The notes beneath the pieces are model-generated. The model saw nothing but the letters and a program-made list of their open reading frames with translations. It did no database searches and was not told the DNA's origin. The translations under genes and the position numbers were made by a program. 64,000 bases of DNA from Candidatus Sulfotelmatobacter sp. (GTDB taxonomy: Bacteria > Eisenbacteria > RBG-16-71-46): the NCBI GenBank assembly GCA_035498555.1, contig DATKAB010000081.1, forward strand, positions 28,239-92,238. The letters are read 5' to 3'. This document shows positions 13,378 through 23,060 of the stretch, in pieces; the first letter of the stretch is position 1, and each line of letters opens with the position of its first letter.

Positions 13378-14025
13378 TCACGGAAGATCCACGACGTCGA
13401 ATCCCGGCGGCGCCGACAGCGCGTAGGCCGTGCGCCCGCGCGCGGCGACGAATCGCCAGTTGGAAAGATGATACGCCGTGCGGCTCGAGTCGGGCGCGAG
13501 CACGGTGAGCTGCCGCGGCAACCCGTGCGCGTCGAGCTCCACCAACACCTCCATGCCCTGGGCCTCGGCAGCCAGCGGGGTCAGCCGAAATCGCCGGGGC
13601 GCGAGCGAATCCTCACGGAAGCTCGCCCCGCTCGTGGGCAGCAGGGTTCGACCCCACGACAGCACCGCGAGCGCGCGATCGGCCGGGATGCGCACCAGCT
13701 GGCGGTTGGCGGGCTGCAGCCACTCGCCCCCGTCGGCGCGCAGCGTCACCGACTCGCCGGTGGTCGCGAAGTCGAGTCGCACCCGATCGGGTGACTCGAG
13801 CGCCAGCCGGCCGCGGATCGAGCGCGCCGGCCCGCCCAGTGGATCGGGCAGCGCATAGGCGACGTCGGCTTCGGCGCGGTGACCGCCGCCGAGTTTCGCG
13901 GCCAGCGCGCGAGCGCTCGCCGGGATCGGAGCGTTGGCGGCCGCGCACGCCATCGGCCGGGCGGCCAGCACGCCCAGCATGGCGAGCATCGCGGCTTGCG
14001 CGCCGCGCCGCGCGGACCGATTCAT
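13378..14025 (-). CDS. LolA-like periplasmic lipoprotein-carrier fold protein
   Basis: I start at ATG 14025 (MNRSARRGAQAAMLAMLGVLAARPMACAAA, signal peptide). RGRLALESPDRVRLDFATTGESVTLRADGGEWLQPANRQLVRI follows the LolA pattern. ATGA overlap with the upstream gene. Confidence 0.5.
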   Translation of the reverse strand: MNRSARRGAQAAMLAMLGVLAARPMACAAANAPIPASARALAAKLGGGHRAEADVAYALPDPLGGPARSIRGRLALESPDRVRLDFATTGESVTLRADGGEWLQPANRQLVRIPADRALAVLSWGRTLLPTSGASFREDSLAPRRFRLTPLAAEAQGMEVLVELDAHGLPRQLTVLAPDSSRTAYHLSNWRFVAARGRTAYALSAPPGFDVVDLP

Positions 14026-14822
14026 CGCGCCTCTCTCATCCGTTCGAGGGCGCGCCTCAGCCGGCTCCAGTCCACCCGTTCGACGCCCGACGGGATCGAG
14101 AGCGCCAGCCAGCGCGGATCGGGGCGATCCGCGAACTGGAATCGCTCGATGCGGCAGCTCACGCGCCAGTGCCTGTCGCCCTCGACCACCTCGATGCGTT
14201 CGGGCCAGGCCTGTCCTGATTGCCAGCCCCAGTCGGGGTACCGCACCTCGAGCGAGCGCCCGGGGTCGTCCCAGAGCCGAACTCGCTGCGGCAATCCGTC
14301 GGTTCCGACCCCCATCGCCAGCGAGTCGCCGCTCTCGCTCCAGCGTGCCCACCACAGCGTGTCGCGCGAAGGCGGAGTCCACTCCGCGTTGCTGGCCGTC
14401 CAGTCGGCGGCGAACACCCGACAGGCCCAGGCTCCCGGTTCGCGGACGCCGAGCGAATCGCCGAGACTTCCGGTCTCGATCGCGATCCGGCGCGGCGGCA
14501 CCCAGGCGCGCAGCGTGTCGTCGCGCACGGTGAGATCGAGGGCGGTGCCGAACAGCGACGCCATCCGCGCTCGGATCGCGTCGGGCCCGGCCAGCGCGAC
14601 GTCGAGGTCGATCGCCGGCCAGCGGCCCACCGCCTCCCCTTCCACCCACAGCGTTCCGTCGAGCCGCGTGGCGCGCGCCCGCGCCGCGCGGGTCTCGCGC
14701 AGCCGTTCGTAGCGATCGGCGAGCGTGGCCAGATCGAGCGGCGCCGGCCGGCGTGCGTTCGGCGCGCACGAGGCCGCGAGCAGCGCCAGCGTCAGCAACG
14801 CGCGGGTCCGACGCGCGCTCAC
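14022..14822 (-). CDS. lipoprotein, LolB/DUF4292-like
   Basis: 266 aa. GTG start inside a GTGA overlap with the aroK stop. Lipobox-like LALLAASC. TRLDGTLWVEGEAVGRWPAIDLDVALAGPDAIRARM...DLTVRDDTLRAWVP resembles LolB/DUF4292. Confidence 0.45.
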   Translation of the reverse strand: MSARRTRALLTLALLAASCAPNARRPAPLDLATLADRYERLRETRAARARATRLDGTLWVEGEAVGRWPAIDLDVALAGPDAIRARMASLFGTALDLTVRDDTLRAWVPPRRIAIETGSLGDSLGVREPGAWACRVFAADWTASNAEWTPPSRDTLWWARWSESGDSLAMGVGTDGLPQRVRLWDDPGRSLEVRYPDWGWQSGQAWPERIEVVEGDRHWRVSCRIERFQFADRPDPRWLALSIPSGVERVDWSRLRRALERMREAR

Positions 14823-15349
14823 CTCGCCGCCCCGACCACGGCCAGCACCTGCTTCGCCACGGCGTCGGGATCGAGGCCCTCGGTATCGACCAGATGATGG
14901 GCGGTCTCGCGGTAGAAGGATTCGCGCTCGCCGAGGAGCCGCTCGAGTCGGCGCACCGGAGCGTCTCCCTGGAGGAGCGGTCGCGCAGCGGTCTCGCCGG
15001 CCAGCCGCTGTGCCGCCCGACCCGGGCTCACGCCCAGCCAGATCACGTCGCAGCGCCCGCGCAGCAGCTCGCGATGGCGGGGATCGACCACGATCCCGCC
15101 GCCACAGGCGATCACCTTCACCCCGTCGGCCAGCACGCGTTCGAGGAGCTGGCCCTCGCGCTGCCGGAACACCGCCTCGCCCTCACGCTCGAAAAGCTCG
15201 GCAATGGTGCGGCCGGTCTCGGCTTCGAGCAGGGAATCGAGATCGGCGACGCTCACTCCGAGCCGTTCTCCCAGACAGCGCGCCACCGCGGTCTTGCCGG
15301 CGCCCATCAGGCCGATCAGAGCGATGGGCCGAGAGTCCCGCACATTCAT
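14819..15349 (-). CDS. aroK: shikimate kinase
   Basis: 176 aa. Walker A IALIGLMGAGKTAVARCLGERLG, then D.D..IE...G..I.E.F...GE..FR..E and ACGGG. Confidence 0.85.
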   Translation of the reverse strand: MNVRDSRPIALIGLMGAGKTAVARCLGERLGVSVADLDSLLEAETGRTIAELFEREGEAVFRQREGQLLERVLADGVKVIACGGGIVVDPRHRELLRGRCDVIWLGVSPGRAAQRLAGETAARPLLQGDAPVRRLERLLGERESFYRETAHHLVDTEGLDPDAVAKQVLAVVGAAR

Positions 15350-15438
15350 GAACGCAGCCTAGCACAGCGTTCGCGCGCCAACGCGATGGGCCGCCGGCGC
15401 GAGGCGCCGGCGGCCCGGAGAGACAGTTGCAGCGACTG

Positions 15439-16752
15439 CTAGTTGTTGGCGAGCGCGTTCAAGAGGCGCGGAGTCACGAAGATGATCAGCTCGCGATTCT
15501 CGCGCGTCACGTTGCTCGACCGGAACAGGATGCCGACGATCGGGAAGTCCTTGAGGAACGGGATGCCCTGACGCGTCGAAGAGTCGTTGGTGCGGATCAG
15601 GCCGCCGATCACCGCGGTCTGACCGTCGTCCACCATCACGCGCGTGTCGGCCTCGCTGGTGTTGATGATGACGCCGCCCTGCACCGTGCTTCCGCTGGCC
15701 AGGTCGCTGACCTCGGGATGCAGGTCCATGATGACTTTCTTGTCGGAGGTCAGGTGCGGGGTCACCTTGAGCTGGATGCCGATGGTCTGCAGCTGCGAGA
15801 CCGGGTTGCCGGCCACGTCCTGCACGATCAACGGAATCTTCTGGCCCACCAGGATGCGCGCCTCGCGGTTGTCCACCGTGGTGATGCGCGGGTTCGAGAT
15901 GATGTTGGCCTTGTTGTTCAGCTCGAGCGCTTCCAGCTTGGCGTCGAGATTGCCCCAGTTCTTGGTGATGCCGTAGTGCAGCACCACCGAGGCCGGGTTC
16001 TTGGGTTCGCTGACGCTCACGTCGCCGGTTCCGTTCGCCGGATTGTTGCCCGGGCTCAGGCCGCCGACGCTCCACTCGACGCCCAGATCCCGCAGCGCCT
16101 TGACCGAGACGTCCACCAGCTTGGCGGTGATCTCGATCTGCGGCGTGGTGGAATCCAGCTGCAGCGCCATCTCCTCGACGCGCTCGACGTTGTCGGAGAG
16201 GTCGGAGACGATCATCGAGTTGGTGCGCTTCTCGGTCTGGATGCTCCCGCGCTTGGTGAGCGACGGCGCCAGTGCCGAGGCCAGCTCGGAAGCGTTGGCG
16301 TAGTTCAGATGAACGATGCGCGTTTCGAGCGGCGCCAGGTCCATCTGCTTGGCGCGCGCCGCGTCACGCTCGACGCTCTCGGACTGCAGCTTGCCCATGT
16401 CGTCGACACGCAGGATGCCGTTTTCGTCGACGTAGTCGAGGCCGGCGCTGCGAAGAATCGTGCGCAGCGCTTCCTTCCAGCCCACGTTGTGGAGATTGAC
16501 CTTCACGGTGCCGTGGACGTCGTTCGCGACCATGATGTTCCGGCCGCTGAACTCGCCGATCGCGCGCAGCACCGTCCGGATGTCCGCGCCTTCCACGTCC
16601 AGGCTGAAGGTCTCGGTGCCGGTACGCACCAGACCCACGTGCTCGGTTGCCTTGGGCTGGTCGTCCTGCGCCGAAGCCGGCTTCACGGCCAGAAGCGCGA
16701 GGCAAACGCCCACCATCGTCAAGAGGCCCGCCAGGACCCTACCGGTTCGCAT
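15439..16752 (-). CDS. pilQ: type IV pilus secretin PilQ (short form, no AMIN domains)
   Basis: 437 aa. Signal peptide, N0/STN-like LDVEGADIRTVLRAIGEFSGRNIMV, secretin core ...GQTAVIGGLIRTNDSSTRQGIPFLKDFPIVGILFRS....ELIIFVTPRLL. Confidence 0.85.
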   Translation of the reverse strand: MRTGRVLAGLLTMVGVCLALLAVKPASAQDDQPKATEHVGLVRTGTETFSLDVEGADIRTVLRAIGEFSGRNIMVANDVHGTVKVNLHNVGWKEALRTILRSAGLDYVDENGILRVDDMGKLQSESVERDAARAKQMDLAPLETRIVHLNYANASELASALAPSLTKRGSIQTEKRTNSMIVSDLSDNVERVEEMALQLDSTTPQIEITAKLVDVSVKALRDLGVEWSVGGLSPGNNPANGTGDVSVSEPKNPASVVLHYGITKNWGNLDAKLEALELNNKANIISNPRITTVDNREARILVGQKIPLIVQDVAGNPVSQLQTIGIQLKVTPHLTSDKKVIMDLHPEVSDLASGSTVQGGVIINTSEADTRVMVDDGQTAVIGGLIRTNDSSTRQGIPFLKDFPIVGILFRSSNVTRENRELIIFVTPRLLNALANN

Positions 16753-17890
16753 TGCTGTCTCCCTTTCGCGTCAGCGGAATGGTGACCGTCTCCGTCTGAC
16801 CATCCACTGAGAGTTTGACGACCACTGCATCTCGCTGAAGCGACTCCACGTATCCGTTCATCACCTTGTCGCCCGTGCGCAGCACGCCGCTGTTGCCGCG
16901 GGGATCCTCGATGAGAGCGAACTTGTCGTCGGCTCCCCAGACGATGCCGACCACCTTGATTCCGCCGACGTCGGGCGGAGCGTCACCGCCGACGTCCTGG
17001 CCGATGAAGCCGCCACCCACCATGGGCTGGAACGGATCCCGACGGCCGAGGGCGTTGTACTGATAGGTGACCTGTTCATCGATCTGCGGAAGCATCGAGG
17101 TCGGAACCGGCTTCGGAGCGGGCTTGGCCGGAACCACGACCGGACCATTCGTGGGAGTGGAGGCGGGCTTCACCACCGAGTTCGGCTGCGCCGGAGGCGT
17201 TCCCTTGGTCGCCATGCTCGGCGCCGGCAGCTTCACCGACGAGGGTGGCGCGGTCGCGGGCGCGGCATGTGTCGGCGCCGCCGGTTTGGCCGGCGAGCCG
17301 GGCGCCGCCGCGTTCGGAGCCATGCCGGGTTTCGCCGCGTTGCTCGCCGCGTTCGGCGCCGTCGTGTGCGGCGGCGCGGGGGCCGGCGTGGCGCGCACGG
17401 CCGGGCTCGCCGTGGCCGGGGCCGCCGTCGTCCTGGGCGGGACCGACGCGGACGGAGTCATCGGCTTCGCCGCCGGCATGGAGGCGGCGGGAACCGCCGG
17501 CTTCGCCGAGGCGGTCGCCGGAGTCGTTGCCGCCTTGGCCACCGGCTTCGCCGGGGTCGCAGCCGGCTGGCTCGCGGTCGCCGGAGAAGGCATCGACGGC
17601 CTGGATGGGGCCGACGCCGGAGCCGCGGGCTTCGCGGTGCTCGGCGTGATCAGGGTGTGATTCGGCGGCACGACCGGGTGCGCCGGCGTCTTCGCCGGAG
17701 CGCTGGTCAGGGGCGCGGTGGCAGCTGGCGCGGCCGGAGTCGGCGCAGGCTTCACCGAGTCCGGAGCCGAGGCCGGCGGAGCGTCAGCGGCGAGCGCATG
17801 GACCGCCATGCCCGCCATGAGCAGCGCCGCCAGAGCGGACGCCGTGATGAGGCGCGGCCGCGGTGCGGGATCAGGACGACTTGTGCGCAT
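16739..17890 (-). CDS. pilP: PilP-like pilus assembly protein with a ~230-aa Pro/Ala/Thr-rich linker
   Basis: 383 aa. Signal peptide ...GMAVHALA|AD with no lipobox. The C-terminal 118 aa (YQYNALGRRDPFQP...IKVVGIVWGADDKFALIEDPRGNSGVLRTGDKV.NGYVESLQRDAVVVKL) resemble the PilP beta-sandwich. The gene sits between pilO and pilQ. Confidence 0.6.
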   Translation of the reverse strand: MRTSRPDPAPRPRLITASALAALLMAGMAVHALAADAPPASAPDSVKPAPTPAAPAATAPLTSAPAKTPAHPVVPPNHTLITPSTAKPAAPASAPSRPSMPSPATASQPAATPAKPVAKAATTPATASAKPAVPAASMPAAKPMTPSASVPPRTTAAPATASPAVRATPAPAPPHTTAPNAASNAAKPGMAPNAAAPGSPAKPAAPTHAAPATAPPSSVKLPAPSMATKGTPPAQPNSVVKPASTPTNGPVVVPAKPAPKPVPTSMLPQIDEQVTYQYNALGRRDPFQPMVGGGFIGQDVGGDAPPDVGGIKVVGIVWGADDKFALIEDPRGNSGVLRTGDKVMNGYVESLQRDAVVVKLSVDGQTETVTIPLTRKGDSNANR

Positions 17891-18518
17891 TCGCGGCTCC
17901 CCCCTTCTTGCCGGTCGGCGCGGGCGCTGCCGGCGCCGGTGAGGAATTGAGGCTGTAGGCCGAGGCGACGCAATCGGCCGTGGTGGTCAGGCCATCGTCG
18001 CCCTTGGTCTGCGCATTCTGGCGCAGGTGCAGATTGCCGACGGTGATGATGCGGCGCATGTTGGCCAGCTCGGCGAGGAACGAGCCGACCTGGTGATAGC
18101 CGCCGTTGACCTGAAGCTGCAACGGCATTTCGGTGTAATAGGTCTCGGTGCGCGGGCTGCTCGGGCGGAACACCACGAACTGGCAGCCCGTCTCCTGAGC
18201 CGAGAGCGTGATCTTGCGCAGCAGCGCCGCCATTTGCCGGTCGGTCGGCAGCAGCTCGGCCGCCGTCGTCCAGCGCTCGTGCAGCTGGTCGTACTCGGCC
18301 TCGAAGCGCGGCAGGTCAGCGACCGTGGCGCGAGCCCGCGCCAGCTCGGCCGCCTTCTTCTCGTAGTCGGCTTTGAGAGCGTCGATCCGCTCGCTCTGGG
18401 CCGGATATCCGAACGGCAGGAGATGCGTGAAGTAGAAGACGCCCAGCACCCCGGCCGCAACCAGCAAGCTCAGGAGGGCCTTCTGAACTACCGGATTTCT
18501 CAGGTCGACGTTGGCCAT
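17871..18518 (-). CDS. pilO: type IV pilus assembly protein PilO
   Basis: 215 aa. N-terminal TM, coiled coil, then LLRKITLSAQETGCQFVVFRP......YYTEMPLQLQVNGGYHQVGSFLAELANMRRIITV. Confidence 0.8.
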   Translation of the reverse strand: MANVDLRNPVVQKALLSLLVAAGVLGVFYFTHLLPFGYPAQSERIDALKADYEKKAAELARARATVADLPRFEAEYDQLHERWTTAAELLPTDRQMAALLRKITLSAQETGCQFVVFRPSSPRTETYYTEMPLQLQVNGGYHQVGSFLAELANMRRIITVGNLHLRQNAQTKGDDGLTTTADCVASAYSLNSSPAPAAPAPTGKKGGAANAHKSS

Positions 18519-18527
18519 CTCGCTCTC

Positions 18528-19094
18528 CTAGTTCGCCGGCTCGTCAGGCGTGAGCTGACAGGAAACCTTGAACTTCACGACTTCGGCGTCCGAGACCTTC
18601 CCGCGCTCGGCGACTTCGAGGTTCACGTTGGCGAACATCGGCGACCGCTCGAGGCGCGACATGAAGTCGGACACCACCAGATTCGAGAACGTCATGCCGT
18701 CCAGGTTGAGCGTGCCGCCGTCCTGGGTCGCGCCGACCAGCCACAGGTGATCGGGGATGCAGCGCGCCAGCTCGTCCATCAGGCGCACGGTCTGGGTGCG
18801 GCCCTTCTCGAGCTTGTTGATGATGCCGAGCCGGAGATCCAGCTCGGCGCGCTCCTGCGCCAGCCGATTGACCCGCTCGATCTGCGGCGCCAGCGCGCGT
18901 GACTGCGCTTCGACGTCGGCGATCGACTTCTCGAGCGCGGCGGCCCGCGAGCGCTGCGCGAGCACGGTCGCGGTCACGATCAGCCCCGAGCCGGCCAGCA
19001 GCACCAGCGGCAGCACCAGGTCGTTGACCTTGAGGCTGACGGCGGGCTTCCGCTGAGCCTTTTCCTCACGCGGCAGCAGGTTGATCCGGATCAT
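18528..19094 (-). CDS. pilN: type IV pilus assembly protein PilN
   Basis: I start at ATG 19094 (MIRINLLPREEK... is the hallmark PilN start). ATGA overlap with the pilM stop. One TM, a coiled coil and a ferredoxin-like tail. Confidence 0.8.
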   Translation of the reverse strand: MIRINLLPREEKAQRKPAVSLKVNDLVLPLVLLAGSGLIVTATVLAQRSRAAALEKSIADVEAQSRALAPQIERVNRLAQERAELDLRLGIINKLEKGRTQTVRLMDELARCIPDHLWLVGATQDGGTLNLDGMTFSNLVVSDFMSRLERSPMFANVNLEVAERGKVSDAEVVKFKVSCQLTPDEPAN

Positions 19095-20146
19095 TTCTTG
19101 TCTCCCAGGCGGCGCAGTCCCAGTCCGATCCCGACCGTGAGCAGCGGCGCCACCTTCATGACGTCCTGCCCCGCGAACAGCGACGGGTCGTAGTGGATCC
19201 GGGCCAGCGGGTTGGCGATTTCGGACGGCACGCCGAAGCGGCGATTCAGGTATTCGCTCAGCCCCGGTGTCAGGGCCGCTCCACCGCACAACATGATCCG
19301 CGAGATTGCGCCGGCCTCTCCGGCGGTGCGCAGGTAGGCCTGCGCGCGCTCGAGCGCGGTCGCGAGGCCTTCGCAGCTCTGCTCGATCACCGGCGTCATC
19401 TCCAGATTGGCGCCGGACTCGCCGCGCACCGCGGCCGAGGCCTCGGACTGGCTGAGGTTGAACTTGCGCTGGGCGGCCTCGATGAAGGTGTTGCCGCCGA
19501 CCTGGAGGTCCTTGGTGAAGTAGGGAACGCCGCCCTGGGTGATGTTGATGTTGGTGATCTCGGATCCGATGTTGAGGATCGCGACCACCTCTTCGGGCGT
19601 GAATTCATAGTTGTTGGCGAGCGCGTTCTGCGCTGCGAACGAGTCGACGTCCACGATCAGCGGGTTGAGCCCGGCCTCGCGGATCAGGTCGCTGAACGAC
19701 ATCACCATGTCCCGCTTGGCGGCGACCAGCAGCACCTGCATCTGCTTGGGGTCGGCGGGCGAGGGCCCGAGGATCTCGAAGTCGAGCGACACGTCGTTGA
19801 TGTCGTAGGGGACGTGCTGCTCGGCCTCCCAGTAGACGGCCTGCTGCGCATCCTCGGCCGAGAGCTTGTTCATGGTGATCTTCTTCACGATCACCGCGCG
19901 GCCGCTCACCGCCGCCACCACGCTGCGCGACTTGATGCCGCGCGACTCGAGCAGATTGCTGATGGCGTCGGTCACCATCTGGCGGTCCATGATTTCCCCG
20001 TCGACGATCGCTTCGGCGAGCGGCGCGGAGATGCCCCAGTTGGTGAGCCGGTAGCTCTTGTTGGTCTGGCCTTCGAGCTCGACCGCTTTGATCGTGTGAC
20101 TGCCGATGTCCAGTCCCACCAGGGACTGCTTCTTTCCGAAGAGCAT
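19091..20146 (-). CDS. pilM: type IV pilus assembly protein PilM (actin-like ATPase fold)
   Basis: 351 aa. LVGLDIGSHTIKAVELE..., ILNIGSEITNINI, MLCGGAALTPGLSEYL. Upstream GGGAG Shine-Dalgarno. Confidence 0.9.
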   Translation of the reverse strand: MLFGKKQSLVGLDIGSHTIKAVELEGQTNKSYRLTNWGISAPLAEAIVDGEIMDRQMVTDAISNLLESRGIKSRSVVAAVSGRAVIVKKITMNKLSAEDAQQAVYWEAEQHVPYDINDVSLDFEILGPSPADPKQMQVLLVAAKRDMVMSFSDLIREAGLNPLIVDVDSFAAQNALANNYEFTPEEVVAILNIGSEITNINITQGGVPYFTKDLQVGGNTFIEAAQRKFNLSQSEASAAVRGESGANLEMTPVIEQSCEGLATALERAQAYLRTAGEAGAISRIMLCGGAALTPGLSEYLNRRFGVPSEIANPLARIHYDPSLFAGQDVMKVAPLLTVGIGLGLRRLGDKK

Positions 20147-20374
20147 GGCTTCACTCCCTAGACGCGGTGCGAGTTGAGGCCGTCGCGTGCGTGCGGTGCG
20201 GTTGACGCGCCGATCGCTCTCCGAGCGTGAGCCCGCGAGGCGCCGCCTCCTGCAGCGTTACGCCCTAGTGATCGGAAGGAGCCTTGCCGCGCTTGAGCGC
20301 AATCTTGCGTGGTCCGGACGCCGGGGGGCCGGGGGGGGCCGCGCCGGGCGGAGCCCGGTGTCCCCGGAGGGGCG

Positions 20375-21121
20375 CTAGCGCCTGATGAGCACCCGCGGGG
20401 TGCTCAGACGATGAACCGCCGCCTCCCGGCGGCCGGTCTCGATTGCGGATTCGATCTCGTTCATCTTTTCCTGGGCCATTTCCCGCAGATAGACGTTCGG
20501 GGAGTGCAGGCGCACGTTCGACCACAGCTCGTAGGCCACCGCCAGGTCCCCGGACTGCTGCCGGGAAAAGGCGGCGAAGCGAGCCGCCTCGGCAGGTGCA
20601 TCCGGTTGCCGCGAGGCCTGTTCGAAGTAGCGGGCGGCGTTCCGAAGGTCGCGCTCGCCCGGCTTCACGTAGTAGAGGAAGCCGAGCTCGAAGGCCAGCT
20701 CGCCGCTGGTCGGATTGCTGTCGAGTCCGGCGAGCATCAGTCGCTCGGCGGCCGGGAAGTCCCGCCCCTCCTGGGCGAGCGCGAAGCCCCCGAACACGTA
20801 GGCCGGGATGAAATGCGGCGAGAGCGACGTGAGGATGGTGAAGACGTGCTCCATTTTCGCGAACTGATTGTCCCCGAGCCGGTGACCGCCGTAGTACTGG
20901 ACGGCCCGGAGCCAGGCGAGATCCGCCGCGCTCTCGGCGTGCCCGAGGGTCGCCGGTCGCAGCGCCACGCCCGACGGGTAGTACGAGAGTTCGGCGAGGG
21001 GCTGCGGGCGGGGCAGATCGCGATAGGCGAAGTGCGCGAGCTGCATCGCCATGGCCCCGCTGAACAGCGCGACGCTCCAGGCCGCCCAGACGCGGGACGA
21101 GGGCAGCGGCCTCAGGCTCAT
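20375..21121 (-). CDS. membrane-anchored TPR-like helical-repeat protein (function unknown)
   Basis: I start at ATG 21121 (ATGA overlap with the permease stop). 248 aa. N-terminal [17 protein letters not shown], then helical-repeat-like sequence (..[44 protein letters not shown]..). I recognise no family. Confidence 0.45.
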   Translation of the reverse strand: MSLRPLPSSRVWAAWSVALFSGAMAMQLAHFAYRDLPRPQPLAELSYYPSGVALRPATLGHAESAADLAWLRAVQYYGGHRLGDNQFAKMEHVFTILTSLSPHFIPAYVFGGFALAQEGRDFPAAERLMLAGLDSNPTSGELAFELGFLYYVKPGERDLRNAARYFEQASRQPDAPAEAARFAAFSRQQSGDLAVAYELWSNVRLHSPNVYLREMAQEKMNEIESAIETGRREAAVHRLSTPRVLIRR

Positions 21122-21882
21122 TTGAACTCGCGCCGCTCGAGCGCCGCCGAAGCGAGCGCCAGCGCGCAGGCGACGTAGAGCGCGGCGTAGCCGACGGCGG
21201 TCAGCACGTGGAGCGCCGGCGCCACCCGACCTTCGGCGGCCAGCGTGCGCAGGTTGAAGAGCGGCAGGTTGGGGGCGAGGTCGGCCACCATCCGGATCAG
21301 CCCCTTCAGCCCTGCCGGAAACCTGTCGGCGAACCCGCGCAGATCGTAGGTCCACTGGCCGACCAGCCAGACGCCGAGGGTGTAGAGCGCCGACAGCACC
21401 GGAGTCGAGAGCGCCGAGAACAGCACCGCGATCGCGGTCACCACCGAGAGTTCGAGCGCCGAGAAGAAGCCCGCCTGCAGCACCGCCGGCACGTCGGATC
21501 CATAACCGCGCACCATCAGCACCGCGCACAGCGCCATCGTCAGCAGCGCGGTGGTCGCCCACAGCGCGCCGCTCAACCCCGCCCACTTGCCGACCAGATA
21601 GACTCCGCGCGCGATCGGACGCGACAGCAGGTTGAAGATGGTGCGGCGCTCGATCTCCTTCGCGACCAGCGAAGTGCCGACCAGCAGGATCACGAGCAGA
21701 CCGAGGAGGGAAATGCTCGACAACCCCAGATCCACGGTCAGACGCCTGGCTTCGCCGAGCGCGAGCGGACTGATGGCCTGAGTGATCAGCATCATCAGCG
21801 CGCCGGCCACCAGCACGCCGGCCATCAGGCGGTCGCGCATCGCTTCGCGAAAGGTGTTGTGGGCGATCAGGAGCGATTTCAT
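21118..21882 (-). CDS. ABC-2 type transporter permease
   Basis: I start at ATG 21882 ([20 protein letters not shown]...). 254 aa, about 6 TM, with [15 protein letters not shown] typical of the ABC-2/NosY-like family. ATGA overlap with the ATPase stop. Confidence 0.7.
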   Translation of the reverse strand: MKSLLIAHNTFREAMRDRLMAGVLVAGALMMLITQAISPLALGEARRLTVDLGLSSISLLGLLVILLVGTSLVAKEIERRTIFNLLSRPIARGVYLVGKWAGLSGALWATTALLTMALCAVLMVRGYGSDVPAVLQAGFFSALELSVVTAIAVLFSALSTPVLSALYTLGVWLVGQWTYDLRGFADRFPAGLKGLIRMVADLAPNLPLFNLRTLAAEGRVAPALHVLTAVGYAALYVACALALASAALERREFK

Positions 21883-22946
21883 GCGCTCCTCCGATCGGTC
21901 TGGTCCGAAGCGCCTGCCGCCGTCGCCAGGAACAGCGCCTCGAGCGTGGCGCGCTCGGGGGTCACCGCATGCACCGCTTTCCCACGCTGGATCAGCCAGT
22001 CCAGCACGCGATTGACGTCGTCGGATGCGCCGAGGTGCAGCTCGGTCTCGCCGCCGCGGTCCTCGCGCTTCACGCGGCTCCCCCACTCCGCCGGCAGCTC
22101 GACAATGCCGAGCGGCTCGCAGCGCACGAGGACGCGGCGCACGCCCTGGTCCACCAGCTCGCCGACCGGCGCGATGCGCCGCAGGCGACCATCGAGGATG
22201 ATCGCGGCGCGGTCGCACAGCGCTTCCACGTCCGGCAGGATGTGGGAGGAGAACAGCACCGTGGTGCCGCGCGCCTTCTGCTCGAGGATCAGCTCGCGCA
22301 CATCACGACGGCCGAGCGGATCGAGGCCGCTCATTGGCTCGTCGAGGATCAGCAGCTTGGGCTCGTGGACCAGCGCCGCGGCGAGACCGAGCCGCTGCAG
22401 CATCCCCTTCGAATACTTGCGGAGCCTGAGCTTCGGCCGCGCGCCAAGGCCGACGCGATCCAGCCAGTGCGAGGCGCGCGCGCGAATCTCGCGAGGCTCG
22501 ACGCCCGAGAGCCCGGCGGCCAGCTCGAGATACTCGAGCCCGCCGAGGTAGTCGTAGAAATAGGGCTGCTCGGGAAGGAAGCCGAGCGAGCGACGGCACG
22601 CGGTCTCGTCGATCGAGACCCCCAGCAGCCAGGCCTGTCCGGCGCTGGGTGTCAGGAGCCCGGTGAGCAGCTTGAGCGTGGTGGTCTTGCCGGCGCCATT
22701 GGGCCCCAGCAGTCCGAGCACCTCGCCCCGCTCGACCTCGAGGTCCAGGCTCTCCAGCCCGCGCGTGACCTTGAAGGTCCAGTTGCTGCGGTAGAACTTG
22801 CACAGCCCGACCGCCCGGATCGCCGGCGCTGCGACGCGGGAATGGCCGATCTCCCGGTCGCGAACTGGCCGGAGTCCGCTGTTGCTGGTCGAGCTGCCCA
22901 CCGCCGCTCCCTCCATCTTCCCCTGAAGCCGGTTCAGGACTCTCAC
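21879..22946 (-). CDS. ABC transporter ATP-binding protein
   Basis: Walker [14 protein letters not shown], signature [12 protein letters not shown], Walker [14 protein letters not shown]-loop SSHIL. The start is ATG 22946 or ATG 22916. Confidence 0.85.
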   Translation of the reverse strand: MRVLNRLQGKMEGAAVGSSTSNSGLRPVRDREIGHSRVAAPAIRAVGLCKFYRSNWTFKVTRGLESLDLEVERGEVLGLLGPNGAGKTTTLKLLTGLLTPSAGQAWLLGVSIDETACRRSLGFLPEQPYFYDYLGGLEYLELAAGLSGVEPREIRARASHWLDRVGLGARPKLRLRKYSKGMLQRLGLAAALVHEPKLLILDEPMSGLDPLGRRDVRELILEQKARGTTVLFSSHILPDVEALCDRAAIILDGRLRRIAPVGELVDQGVRRVLVRCEPLGIVELPAEWGSRVKREDRGGETELHLGASDDVNRVLDWLIQRGKAVHAVTPERATLEALFLATAAGASDQTDRRSA

Positions 22947-23013
22947 TTGGCCCCGGGAGTCCGCTTCGCGGGCCGAGCACCGGGCGCCGCTCCGAGCCGA
23001 AACGCAAACGATG

Positions 23014-23037
23014 TGCCGGCCCCGGGTGGAGCCGGCA
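23014..23037 (-). terminator. possible terminator hairpin downstream of pilin gene 1
   Basis: TGCCGGC-(10 nt)-GCCGGCA inverted repeat 24 nt after the pilin stop. On the - strand it is followed by CATCGTTTGCGTTTCGG. The stem is short and the U-tract weak. Confidence 0.3.
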
Positions 23038-23060
23038 GGCAGAAATCGAAGCGTGTGGGC

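Noticed and set aside
17096-17780. The Pro/Ala-rich part of pilP as a tandem DNA repeat or VNTR.
   Set aside because: The region is low-complexity (GCC/CCG/ACC-rich), but I could not find an exact repeating unit or constant period. It reads as a degenerate linker rather than a repeat array.
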